From Phoronis australis (lineage: Eukaryota > Animalia > Phoronida), in NCBI GenBank assembly GCA_002633005.1, contig NMRA01000018.1, forward strand, positions 1,065,531 to 1,129,530: 64,000 bases of DNA, in the 5' to 3' direction. Within the stretch, counting starts at the first letter, position 1. Every line of letters starts with the position of its first letter. The position numbers were made by a program, and so were the translations under genes. The notes beneath the pieces are model-generated. The model was not told where the DNA came from. It worked only from the letters and a program-made list of their open reading frames with translations, and ran no database searches. Shown piece by piece: positions 50,790 to 61,473 of this stretch.

Positions 50790-52617
50790 GTGCCCTAGTG
50801 CTTAATTGAAATTTCTCAAAACTTAGCTTAGTAAAGCAGTAGGTGCTTACCGTATTTCCTAAAAATCAAAGGTGTTACAGACAAATACTATACGTGAATG
50901 TTTGCAGTAATAAGAAACTGAATGACTACAATAGTAAGAAATGTCATTACGATACGACTGCTTGGGGCAAACTCCGCTTAGGCCTGTCTTTGTAGATGTA
51001 GTTTCCACCTACCTGTATAGCCACCCGGAATAATTTTGTTTCTATATTGATCAGCTTCAGCCGGAAAAAATTCTTCCCATAGATTTGAGTCTGAAAAATC
51101 TACGATGTGGCGACTGGCGACCTGGGGAATGAAAATTGGCGCTAGTGGGAGGGGGTTGTACGGAGAGAATAAAAAAGATCACTAGAAGGTGGCTACGGGC
51201 CTGGAACATTGAGCTTAGGGAACATTGACCCACGGAAACACTGGAATAGACAATCGCGGTTCTGGGGAACATTGGGCCCAAGGAATATCGGAAAGCAATG
51301 GGTCTTTTATAACCCCCAGGGATCTAAGTTCATTGTCAAGTAAACATCTGGGTCGCTTAAACTTATCTGGTACAGTGTCAAGCAGGCATACTCTCTCAGT
51401 TAGGACTGTTGCTGTTCTCTTTTGATGTGCAACTTTGGAATGACGCGCGCATAACTTCCCACACTTGAATCGCTGGAGCGCATTCTACATTGGTAGCAAC
51501 AATGTGAGTGACAGGTGACTCGTACAAATGCGCGTGCTCAGTCCCAGATAGTAGGGCTGGAGAATTTGTTTGCTGTCTTGCCACAAAAAGAGACGCATAT
51601 TGAAACAGGCCATTATTTTTCCTAGTCACTGTTTGCCGGGACATTGCGCGCAAACAGCAGGACCGACCAGTGCNATAGACAATCGTGGTTCTGGGGAACA
51701 TTGGGCCCAAGGAATATCGGAAAGCAATGGGTCTTTTATAACCGCCAGGGATCTAAGTTCATTGTCAAGTAAACATCTGGGTCGCTTAAACTTATCTGGT
51801 ACAGAGTCAAGCAGGCATACTCTCTCAGTTAGGACTGTTGCTGTTCTCTTTTGATGTGCAACTTTGGAATGACGCGCGCATAACTTCCCACACTTGAATC
51901 GCTGGAGCGCATTCTACATTGGTAGCAACAATGTGAGTGACAGGTGACTCGTACAAATGCGCGTGCTCAGTCCCAGATAGTAGGGCTGGAGAATTTGTTT
52001 GCTGTCTTGCCATAAAAAGAGACGCATATTGAAACAGGCCATTATTTTTCCTAGTCACTGTTTGCCGGGACATTGCGCGCAAACAGCAGGACCGACCAGT
52101 GCCGCAGTGGGATGATATTGTCAGGTATATTGTAATAGGCTAATCAGGACATCTTTAAAAATAAATGTTTTTCATCACAAAGTTGGTAAGTTGGTCACTA
52201 ATGAATGAAACTTCGCTGTGTCGTTTTTAATTGATCACATATTTATGCCGTGGTCCAATTTTTTTGCCGGCTCATCCAAAAATTTGCAAAAGTATCTGAA
52301 AACACCATCCAATGAAACGCAATCGGTTCTGAATTATCTCAAAAGATGTTATCCCATGTTCACCCGACATGTTTACAACTCAATGAAAAGGGATGCTCTC
52401 TGTTTGTGTTCAACTTGATTTGTAAACAACCAAATAACGGCCGTATTTGCATAACTGCCAGGTATCTACTTGCCGCCAAAAGCTAGGCTCGCATAATTGG
52501 GAATTTCCACGTCGCATGTTGCGACTTGATACAAGATGACCAGTCTCTGCTCGCATTTCCAAAATTAAGGTCACGCATGTCTAGCGCGGACTCCCGCGGC
52601 GATTGTAACCGACACTG
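50790..52617 (-). mobile_element. Truncated inverted relative of the 872-3297 element, nested in the 49994-53831 element
   Basis: Collinear inverted matches, e.g. cacacttgaatcgctggagc (~51461 vs revcomp ~1608-1627), tagcca.ccggaataattt (~51018 vs ~2068-2086), ttggaaatgcgagc (~52549 vs ~919); one terminus at 52617. Confidence 0.8.
51246..52102. other. 428-bp tandem duplication around a single N (probable haplotype-overlap assembly artefact)
   Basis: 51246-51673 and 51675-52102 differ at about 4 positions and are separated exactly by the N at 51674. Confidence 0.85.
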
Positions 52618-55074
52618 AACTGTCGCATACTCGCTGAGTAGGCATTGCTTGTTAGAGCTCATCTCTAACTTATCGCGGCTGCCGATTACCTAAATAATTT
52701 GCGATTTGTTTACAAGTTATTTTTACCTACATTTATGATACGTGTACGAACTACTTTTTGCTCGACTACCTACTGTACGAAGTATTTTTTCCCCCACTGT
52801 ACGGGTTCTTTTGACTCATCCTGAGTCAAAGTCATAAATTAAGCAAATACTTGTTGAGTAATGCCCTTGCAGTAACTTTTGATTGACGATTAGCTCATGT
52901 CCGCTTACCTCTGATTCTCATCTTCATTGCGTAGCGTGTTTCACGCAATGGCAACTGAAGTGAGCGGTGCTTGGTGTTCAAGATCAGACAGCCTCACTAA
53001 ACCTTACATTGACAATTAGGTAACGGAATCTCAAACATAAACTTTCCCAACCATAAAAGCACAACTGAATTAGTTTTTTAAACATTTATTTCTCAAACAA
53101 CTAATTGATTGCTCTGTGCACTCAGAACTTTACAGCTAATACGTGCACAGTTCTACTCATGTCACCGAACCAATGTACATAGTTCTACTTTTGTCACGGG
53201 ACCAGTGTAACCATAAATGTATTCTTATATGATGTAACATCTGCAGCACGTGAAGATTGCACGCGCGCACGTCTACATTGTTGCCACATGAAAATAGTTG
53301 CAATCCAAGTTGAGCACTATATGGTCACTTGTTGTCTGCGCACTACAGTCACCAGAATCGGCTCTAACAAGACTACAGGACGGCACTATACTGTTACTCT
53401 GCACTTTTGCAAATTTGTTCGTGTAGGAATAATCTGAGGGAACCTTTGTTGGGAAATCCGCTGTTATGACATTTTTACCGCCATTTGGTAACACACTGGA
53501 AAGTCTTATCACCATTTCCACATTTGCTGTCGCCAAAAATGGCGATCTGAAAAACAATTTTTTTTAGCTCTATGCTAGCATAATAAAGCAAATAACAGAT
53601 TCCGGTTACCAGATAGAATTTGCGCGTATTGATTTGTGTTCTTTTATAAGAATGAAAATTTCAATTTTACCGATCCAAAAAGCTTGTATGAATTATGTTT
53701 TTCCGACGTAAATATGTGTACGAACTATTTTTCACTCTGATGCCTACTATACGAACTATTAGAGACAAACGCCATGTTTCAAGGGCTGTGTACAAACTAA
53801 TATAGTGTACAAAATATTAGAGAAAACACCGGGAAATATTTTGTTTTCTGTTTTACATAATTCAGATCGGATATTTTGTTGTAAAAATACAGGTTTGTTA
53901 CCTACCTGTGGACATAAATTACACTAAACACCCTGGACATTACGTAAATAACCTGCTGCGTTTCTTTACAGGATCTGATTATCACCTGTAAGAAACCATT
54001 TATTACCTTATGCTATGGCTATTATGGTGGCATAACCTTCAAATGAACCCATGTCAGTATGTTAATTAATTAATATTTATTCTTACCTTGTATTGCGATG
54101 CACCTGTATTGGCAATAGGGCTAATGTTTCTCCTTAGGTTTTGTTTAAAACAATAGCTGATTAATTCTTCACCTGTCCAAACTTGCAGCTATTGAACGCC
54201 TCGCTTAATTAACCTCAACTGCTGGTAAATCAGTTAGAACTGTGTTCCTTGTTGCCGCTTGATGGTGTTGCCAGAGCATAATGTAAATTCTGTGCTGGTG
54301 CTGTTTACATGTTAATCTGGCCTCAGCTTACAGTTCCAGAGTATTATGTATCAGTGACGTCTTCAAGCACCCAACCCACTGAATAATGATGGTTTATCAC
54401 TGGTTGATTCCGCTTAATTATGCCTGTTTTATTATTTTTCATTCTGTTTTCATTGATGTGTGTCGTAAAAGGTTGACTAGTCAGATGAACGTCATGACGT
54501 AACCAGTGGTTACGATCAGTGCACTCACACACTAGTGAAGGGGTCAAGGAATCGGTGTTTTTCCGTTTTCTTGTGGCCAGACAGACATACAGCAAAACAA
54601 TTTACTGGCAGAATTGCCAACAAGTCTTCTCATGAGACATAACTGTTCAAAGAAGTCAGCTGCAAAATATCTTAAATTCTTACTAATAATTCTTTGTGGT
54701 TTAAGTTTTCCGGTCTCTTTAAGTAATGATTTCATTGCCTATCCCTCACCCACAGTAAAAGTTTCTATTTTAGATATATTGTCTTCATTAACAGCAAAAT
54801 GTCATTGCTGTTCATCACTACTATGTCTGTGGTCAATGAGTTTAGTGGCCATCTTATGAATGGATCCTTGCTACCAGATTTGCGGGTCATGGTATTTTTC
54901 CCTGACCTGTCTCCCTCAGTGCAGTTGTTAAATTAATGATCTGAGCAATCATTGAGTGAGAATGTGAATTTTGTCTATAAAGTAAGGCAAATCTTATGTG
55001 CTCTCAATGTTCTTACAGTTTTGTATGACTTTGGTATTAATTGAATACGATATTTCTCCATTTAATACGTATAT

Positions 55075-55226
55075 TATGAGTGTTGGAAAGGAAAAGAGAG
55101 GTCAGCTTAAAAACTTATTGAGATATGCGAACAATCAACAAACAGTTCGACTCATTCAGTTCGTCTTTAGTTCGCGTATCTCAATAAAGTTTTTAAGCTG
55201 ACCTCTCTTCCTTCCCAACACTCATA
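55075..55226. mobile_element. 152-bp palindromic mariner-like MITE with TA ends
   Basis: ~58-bp near-perfect arms tatgagtgttggaaaggaaaagagaggtcagcttaaaaacttattgagatatgcgaac. Confidence 0.88.
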
Positions 55227-55472
55227 CTGGTTCTCAGTAATGCGGCTCTCAAAATATGTGCACATCCTTTCTTCTCCACAACCCAAGATACACTAACAAT
55301 AACCAAGTGTGCAGATTTGAAGTCCATGCACACCTATTTATGTGCAAAATACAGGTCATGTAACATTCAAAACACCTTCAGCCCACAAATAGCTAGAGAC
55401 AAGTGAGCGTGAGGCTGCCTGAGCTAACACCAATAGGTCAAACAGCAAATTTCTGAAGCTCTCTAAGCTGAT

Positions 55473-55622
55473 CAGTGGCGGATTTAGGGGGGGCAAAGGG
55501 GCCTTAGTTCCCCCCACCCTAAAATTCTCTCAGATTCCATTTGGCAGTTCGGGGTGCAAATGTCTGCCAGGCAAAAGCCTAGCTAATACTGTCCTGGCCC
55601 ACCCCACTGGATCCGGCCATCT
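55473..55622. mobile_element. hAT-like MITE (CAGTGGCGGAT.. terminus)
   Basis: cagtggcggatttaggggggg left end, degenerate ggatccggccat right end, internal G/C-run hairpin. Confidence 0.5.
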
Positions 55623-56178
55623 TGACTAATAACAAAATATCTTACAACTCACTAAAGTAATTGCTAAAAAGTGATACTCGTTTTTTTCACTTTTCAAAGG
55701 CTGTTCACATCACTGCAAAGAATTAATAATTCACAGTAAAAAAACTGTAGAAGTTGTTTTATGACGTCTACACAGTATGAAAATGCTAGTAATAGACTAC
55801 AGTTTGTTTTATTTTTTTTGCTAATCTTTATTGTTGCGGGTAAACTTGACAAAATAGAATTTCATTTGTCGGTCACATAGTGTGCTGAATAAGCGAAGAA
55901 TTATCCTACTCATTATTCGTAATAAAATGTTTTCTGAATTTAACAAATTTTATGTTTCAGTTGTAAGATTTGATCAGTCTGTTTTCGCCTTCATCTTGTG
56001 TGCGTTTTGTCTCTGGTTAGTCTAGTAGCATGATGGTTTGGGGCTTTCTCTCCATGTTCATTTTTGTGGAGCATCTGTTGACGAGCGTGCTATACTGACC
56101 AACACAATTATCTCATATTTATTTTTCAGCCAGTACTAGTGAACAAATACTGACCTTTGTTTTCTTTTTCTGTTGTAG

Positions 56179-56295
56179 AAAGCAACTGGAGAACCGTTAT
56201 GATCTGAATAGCAAGGAACTTCAAGAGGTGATAGCCAGGCAGGTTTGTCAAGCTGAACAGGGGCACAAGCAACGTGCAGAGCTACAATTGGAAAA
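56179..56295 (+). CDS. LRRCC1: LRRCC1-like coding exon (RKQLENRYDLNSKELQEVIARQVCQAEQGHKQRAELQLE)
   Basis: Long pyrimidine tract plus ttgtag acceptor, aa|gtaagc donor, 117 nt, phase 2 to 2; continues EQDH-R-KQLE. Confidence 0.9.
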
Positions 56296-57833
56296 GTAAG
56301 CAGCGTAAGCTGGCTTATTCAAGTCATGTTACCGTACACCTTCAGACAATAGGAAATTTCATGTAGTACTGAATTGTTTTTATTACCAAAAGATGAAATA
56401 AGATTTTGAGGTGCATTTAATTTATGAAATTCACTTTTCGTTATCTAACTCGTTCAATGACAAGTGTTTTTTCAGGCAAGGTACTCATTCACTGTCAACC
56501 CTTTCCAATCAGCGGGTTGGTACTTCCCCGTTCTTGAACTAGTTTATCTTAAATTTCAGGGGAGTAGCTTAACGGTATTGTTGAGGTTTAATTGACTTAA
56601 ATTCAAAACGATTCGCATTCAGGATCCGAGTTTGAAATGTTGACACGCGAGACTTGGTAATGTTCCAGGATTTATGGGGTATACATATCAACCGAAACCC
56701 TTCCATGACTTTTTATGGGCAATGTTTTTTTGCTTGAAATCTTGAATATTCTACCTGGTGAATGTCTCGCTCAACACGTCATAATTTTGAAATGGCATAT
56801 AACAGTGTGTGTGCACCTTACCCTGGAAGTTTCATGATAAGCTACTGACTAATAATTTTAGAGCGTATTGGTGATTGTGCCTTACGTTCTATTGTGTAGA
56901 ACATAGTGTAGAACGTGAGGCACATAAGGATAGTATCCTCAAAATTGGTTCTGGTAAATTCAGTTCTAAAAAACTTGTCCTTGAAAAAGTTTAACCCAGT
57001 CACAGCCACAGTATTGTACGTGGTCCGAGACAACCACATGTTGCTCAGGACTAAACTCAAAAATTGATCAATCACAGTGGGTGAAATTGAAAAGTTTGGC
57101 AGAATGGCATGTGATTGATTGGTTGTCTAGTCAAGTCTCAAGTGAAGTTTGGTGATCTTGGGGATTCTCGTAATAATTCAGGTAACATTGTTATTTATGG
57201 AGCTAGGACATAACAGGCAACCAACCACCACGTTGACGTCACAATTTTCAGGCTATTTGTGATCTTTCAATGAATGTGACGACAATGTGACATCCATTGC
57301 CTTAGAAGTTCTTGAATATGAGAATGGTTCAGCATAGTTCGTGATTGTGCTATTTTCTTTGGTGCATACTGTCTACGTTTATGGTAGAGTGTATGATGTC
57401 AGCACCAATTTACGCTTGGCTTGCCGTCATAAACTGCATACAACTACTTGGATAATCCATATCGAGATTTATTTTTATCAAAAGAATAATACAGTCTGTC
57501 AACATCAAAGGTTCTATTTTTGCTCAGCTATGACCTGACTCTTGATTGATGTTGACAATTATGATTCTGATTTTTGGCAGGAAATTAGCTGTGATTTTTT
57601 TATCCTGATGGTATCTTGGCAGATTTGACATTGCTTTAAATTGATTAGTTGCACATGTCTGCAACATCTGTGTTCCTCGCAATCGTTGAATGTTTGATCT
57701 CTTCGAAGACTAGGTTTTTGTTTTTGATATTTTAGTGAGTCTGTTGTGTCTGAAGTCATTGTAATTTTTGCGACATTTTTTGGTATCCCGTAACATTTTT
57801 GAGAACTTTTCAACTACTTTTCGTCTTTCCTAG

Positions 57834-57918
57834 ATATAACACTTTACACAAACAGTATGGGGAGTTGGAGGAAGAGTTCAGAATGGCTCTTCGAATTGAA
57901 GCTAATAGATTAAACCAG
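57834..57918 (+). CDS. LRRCC1: LRRCC1-like coding exon (KYNTLHKQYGELEEEFRMALRIEANRLNQ)
   Basis: ctttcctag acceptor, cag|gtaagg donor, 85 nt. Matches the recalled LRRCC1 motif QYMDLENEFRIALTVEARRFQ. The gene continues beyond the window. Confidence 0.93.
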
Positions 57919-58687
57919 GTAAGGCTTGCTATAGTGTATCCTGATTTGGACAAGCCTTGTGATAAATTCCCAGTCACCTTTGCAGCCTACTGTAAAAGTT
58001 CTCCAGATTGGTGCAGTCGATAGAATTTGGGACAGAGAAATCCAATCTGAAGTTGGCTTTTCTTGATTCTGAAGATTGGCACATTGGTGGTTTTGGTGTT
58101 CAGTGTATTTTTCGAAATATTGCCCTCTGCGTTTTGTATGCACAGTCCAAAAATAGACTTGGCAGTTCAAAAAATAGGGGAAAATAGCCGCTGATTCAAC
58201 GTTTTCATGCCTCCGTATAGTGTATAATATTGAAATGAGTAGTCAATTGTTGTTGATCACTAATCTTGAATTTGTGTTGGCCAATATTGTCTGTTTCTAC
58301 AGTTTGGTGCAAACGCATACCTTGAGCAAAATAATTAATTGACTGTCCCAAACTGGAGAATGTTTTTTGGAGCTTTTCATTGATCCCTGGGGTATGTTCT
58401 GTAGTGTGGGTGTCTAGTAAGTTTGGAGAGATGTGTAAATGGTGAGTGTTTCGTGAGTGATCTTGTGACCCTACTAGTGACCTTAAGCAAAATTTGTTTA
58501 CGTGCAAAGAAATAAAAGTCCACTTGTCCACGATATTGTGTCAACAATTAAAGAGGTTGTACCGTATATCATGATAATGCCTGGGTTTATAGGCAATCCA
58601 AATTCTGCATCTGAAGCATGTGATAGTTGTTATCAATTCTTTACCAAATCTTTCCATCACATGGAAGCATTATTCAAACAATAAATA

Positions 58688-59973
58688 CCGTATTCACCCT
58701 AATAAGTGCCCATGCCCCTATAAGCGCCCCCCTCGCGTTTTCAGAGTTTGCTAAAATAAGCGCCCAGTCCATGAACGCCACCGTACTTGCGAAAAATGCC
58801 TTACCTACAGTTAAAATTCTACAGGTCATGTCTTCAATTTATCAATAAGATCAGACATTCCTGAAAAAATCATTGTGCGTGGAATTTGTAGACCACGAGC
58901 CTCGCTGCTATGTCGGTATTAGCCATGACTATACACTTCAAACTTTCGCCTTGCTTCAAAAAGAACGTAAAAGTTTTGCTGATCTTGCGAGGGATGTGTC
59001 CTATTATGGTCTGGCCTTTCAGAACAGACGCAGTGTTCTTGTCAACGGGATTGTATTGTACCTTTCCCGCACAGATCTTCTCCCTCTGCAGGAATCCAAA
59101 TTTTTCTGTATACGTGAAAACTGCAAATCGAAGACTAATAAAAACTTGACGTTTGTTAAAAGCACGTGGCCAGGAAGTGCGCTACATACAAATACCTGTC
59201 ATCGGGAACTATCTATTCATGGAACAGGTAGCATAGTATCGGCAAGAAATAAATACTGGCACTTAGTTCCGAAAGTTTCTCATACAGTAAAAACGTTTGC
59301 GTTATTTATAGGAGGAATTATTGAATTAATCCTAATTGGTGTTTTTAAAGTCAAAATGACCCAGTGATTGTGAAAACTTCCGCACTCTTACACCTCCCGA
59401 ATCTCCCGATCGTTTCATCACGTTTACTCTGGCAAATGAACTCTGATGAAACGCACACGCTTGTTCACTCATGCACGCAGACGAACTTCGAACAAACATC
59501 ACGTGACAACAACATGTGTTCGTCCAGATATTTTTCTCGAGTTGCGGAGTACGATCTAGCGCAGATTTGGACTTAATACCGAGTAAATCCCGACCCCACT
59601 GGAACTTAAAAATGTTGGGGACGCTATTTTGAAACTTAAAGAGGACTTCTGTAATTAGTTGAGTTGAAACTATTTTTTCTCATGAATTCAAGCTGACCTA
59701 TCGGTGATCGCGAGGCAGTGACGCATCAGTCGGCGGGTTTTCGCACTGGGATTTTCTGAAAAATGCTCGTAATTTAACAACAAATTGTGATAGCAATGCT
59801 CTGCAATTTTGTAGAAACTCTGTCATAGGTTACAGATGCATCACAGATGAATTCTAGCTCACGATTTCACCTGTTTCGGAGACCGGGTTTCAACCACTTT
59901 GTGCTACAAGAAGCGCCCCCTTCCTGAAGCGAATTTTTCTAAGTGCCTTGGGCGCTTGTTAGGGCGAATACGG
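58688..59973. mobile_element. 1286-bp Tc1/mariner(pogo)-like non-autonomous element, CCGTA TIRs, TA TSD
   Basis: TA|ccgtattcaccctaataagtgccca vs revcomp of right end TA|ccgtattcgccctaacaagcgccca; subterminal aagcgccc motifs. Confidence 0.92.
58826..59149 (-). pseudogene. Decayed stand-alone HIRAN-domain gene inside the transposon
   Basis: With two frameshifts and one stop it reads SSFY*SSICSFHVYRKIWIPAEGEDL/YNPVDKNTASVLKGQTIIGHIPRKISKTFTFFLKQGESLKCIVMA/YRHSSEARGLQIPRTMIFSGMSDLIDKLKT*, matching the HIRAN pattern RGxHVY..W.P..GE.L..NP.D..A..V..IGH(I/V)PR..S..FL..G..GL(E/Q)IP. Confidence 0.8.
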
Positions 59974-60903
59974 TAATCAAAATTAGATTACCAAAAAAAA
60001 ATCATGTGCAACAAAAAGCAGTCTTGTCTTAATATGTTCCTGCAGGTTTTTACCTTTCATTGACGACAACTGGGTAATTAACTAATTGAATTTGATGTAC
60101 ACAGTGTCCTTTACTGAATGTTCAGACAAACTTTTGGTGTTCATCAGTTATTAGCTCTACTGTAGTCGTCCTCATTAGATCGCACATTTGACTAAATGCC
60201 AACCTTGTATTTTCCAAATGTTGCCTTTAAACAACCTTGGCCAGTGACCAAATCTATCCCCAATGTTGACTGTGGATGCCTGTTTACAGAAAATAAATTG
60301 CCGCTTGTGTAGTGCTTCATAAGTTGCATGATTTTCAGATTTCAAGTTGATTCTACCTCGATCTAGTTACTAGTAATTTTAAACCAGTCTGGACATCTCG
60401 TTGATCTTTCAGTTTGTATTTTATCAAATGTTACCCTTTCAAACAAATGTCTGGAGTGATAGTCTTGAGTATAATTTGAGTTACGCTAAAATACAGATTG
60501 ATAACGGGTTGAGTAGTAGCATTTTGTTTGTTATCGAAAATAGTTTGTTTTGATGACAACTTTGATTATTGAAAATGCCAATGGAATTATATTATTGGCT
60601 GCCACTGAGTTATCGTTTGAACTTGTCAAGTGTCGTGAATGAACAACCCTTACTGTTTTCGCAAAGTCGTTCATACAGAAACTGAAGAATCGATATGGAC
60701 AGGCTGTTGCTCATTAGAAATACAGCTTTAAAATTATCCCATGATAGTCATTCATTAAATTTAACAGTAATGCCACATATGTCTGGTTTAAATTATTCAC
60801 ATAATGCTATGAAGTAAACATTAATTTGTTATTGGTTATTAGAAACCTTAGGAGACTTTAAAGCAAAGTCACTTGGTTGATCAGTTTCACCTTTTACTCT
60901 GAA

Positions 60904-61473
60904 GGGCCTTTCATACTAACGTCGACGCGTCGATGGTTTGGGGAGTCAGTTCTGGATCGCAGTTAACAGCTCCAGTTAACACTGCAGTTAACAGGTGGAT
61001 TTAATAGTGCAGCGTCAATGCTGTGGTGCAGTATGAACGCTTAACTCCAGTTCTGGATCGCAGTTAACAGCTCCAGTTAACACTGCAGTAAACAGGTGGA
61101 TTTAATAGCGCAGCGTCAATGCTGTGGTGCAGTATGAACGCTTAACTTCAGTCCAATCAAAGTTATCGCCAGGTGCCACTGTTATCGTCAACAGTTACAG
61201 TGTAGTGTCGTCACTAATAGCTGCTTATATTTTGCTCTAATAACAACTAATCAATTTAAAAATAAGTTTAATGTCATTTAGCATATGTAAAGGTTCTCTC
61301 AAATTGTCTCATTGAAAAAAATCTTAGCGTGCAGCGCTACCTTGCGATAACTTCGATGACGACAGCATCACCAACCGTTTACTTCGATGTGCATTATCTA
61401 CCGAAGCCAGTATGAACGGTCCAGTTAACTGCACTGTTTACGTCGACCGGAGTTAAGTCAACATGAAAGGGCC
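60904..61473. mobile_element. PIF/Harbinger-like MITE with internal 101-bp tandem duplication
   Basis: TIR gggcctttcat / atgaaagggcc; inverted homology to 27933-28420; 60947-61047 duplicated at 61048-61148. Confidence 0.85.

Larger units (their letters stand above)
49994..53831. mobile_element. Composite Tc1/mariner-pogo-like non-autonomous element hosting a nested insertion
   Basis: TIR cggtgttttctctaata..t.gtacacta at both ends, TA on the left flank only, subterminal gtgtacgaacta motifs at ~50023, 52742 and 53717. Confidence 0.7.

Noticed and set aside
58873-59367. 164-aa plus-strand ORF
   Set aside because: Antisense shadow of the HIRAN relic inside a transposon; non-ATG start and no recognisable motif.
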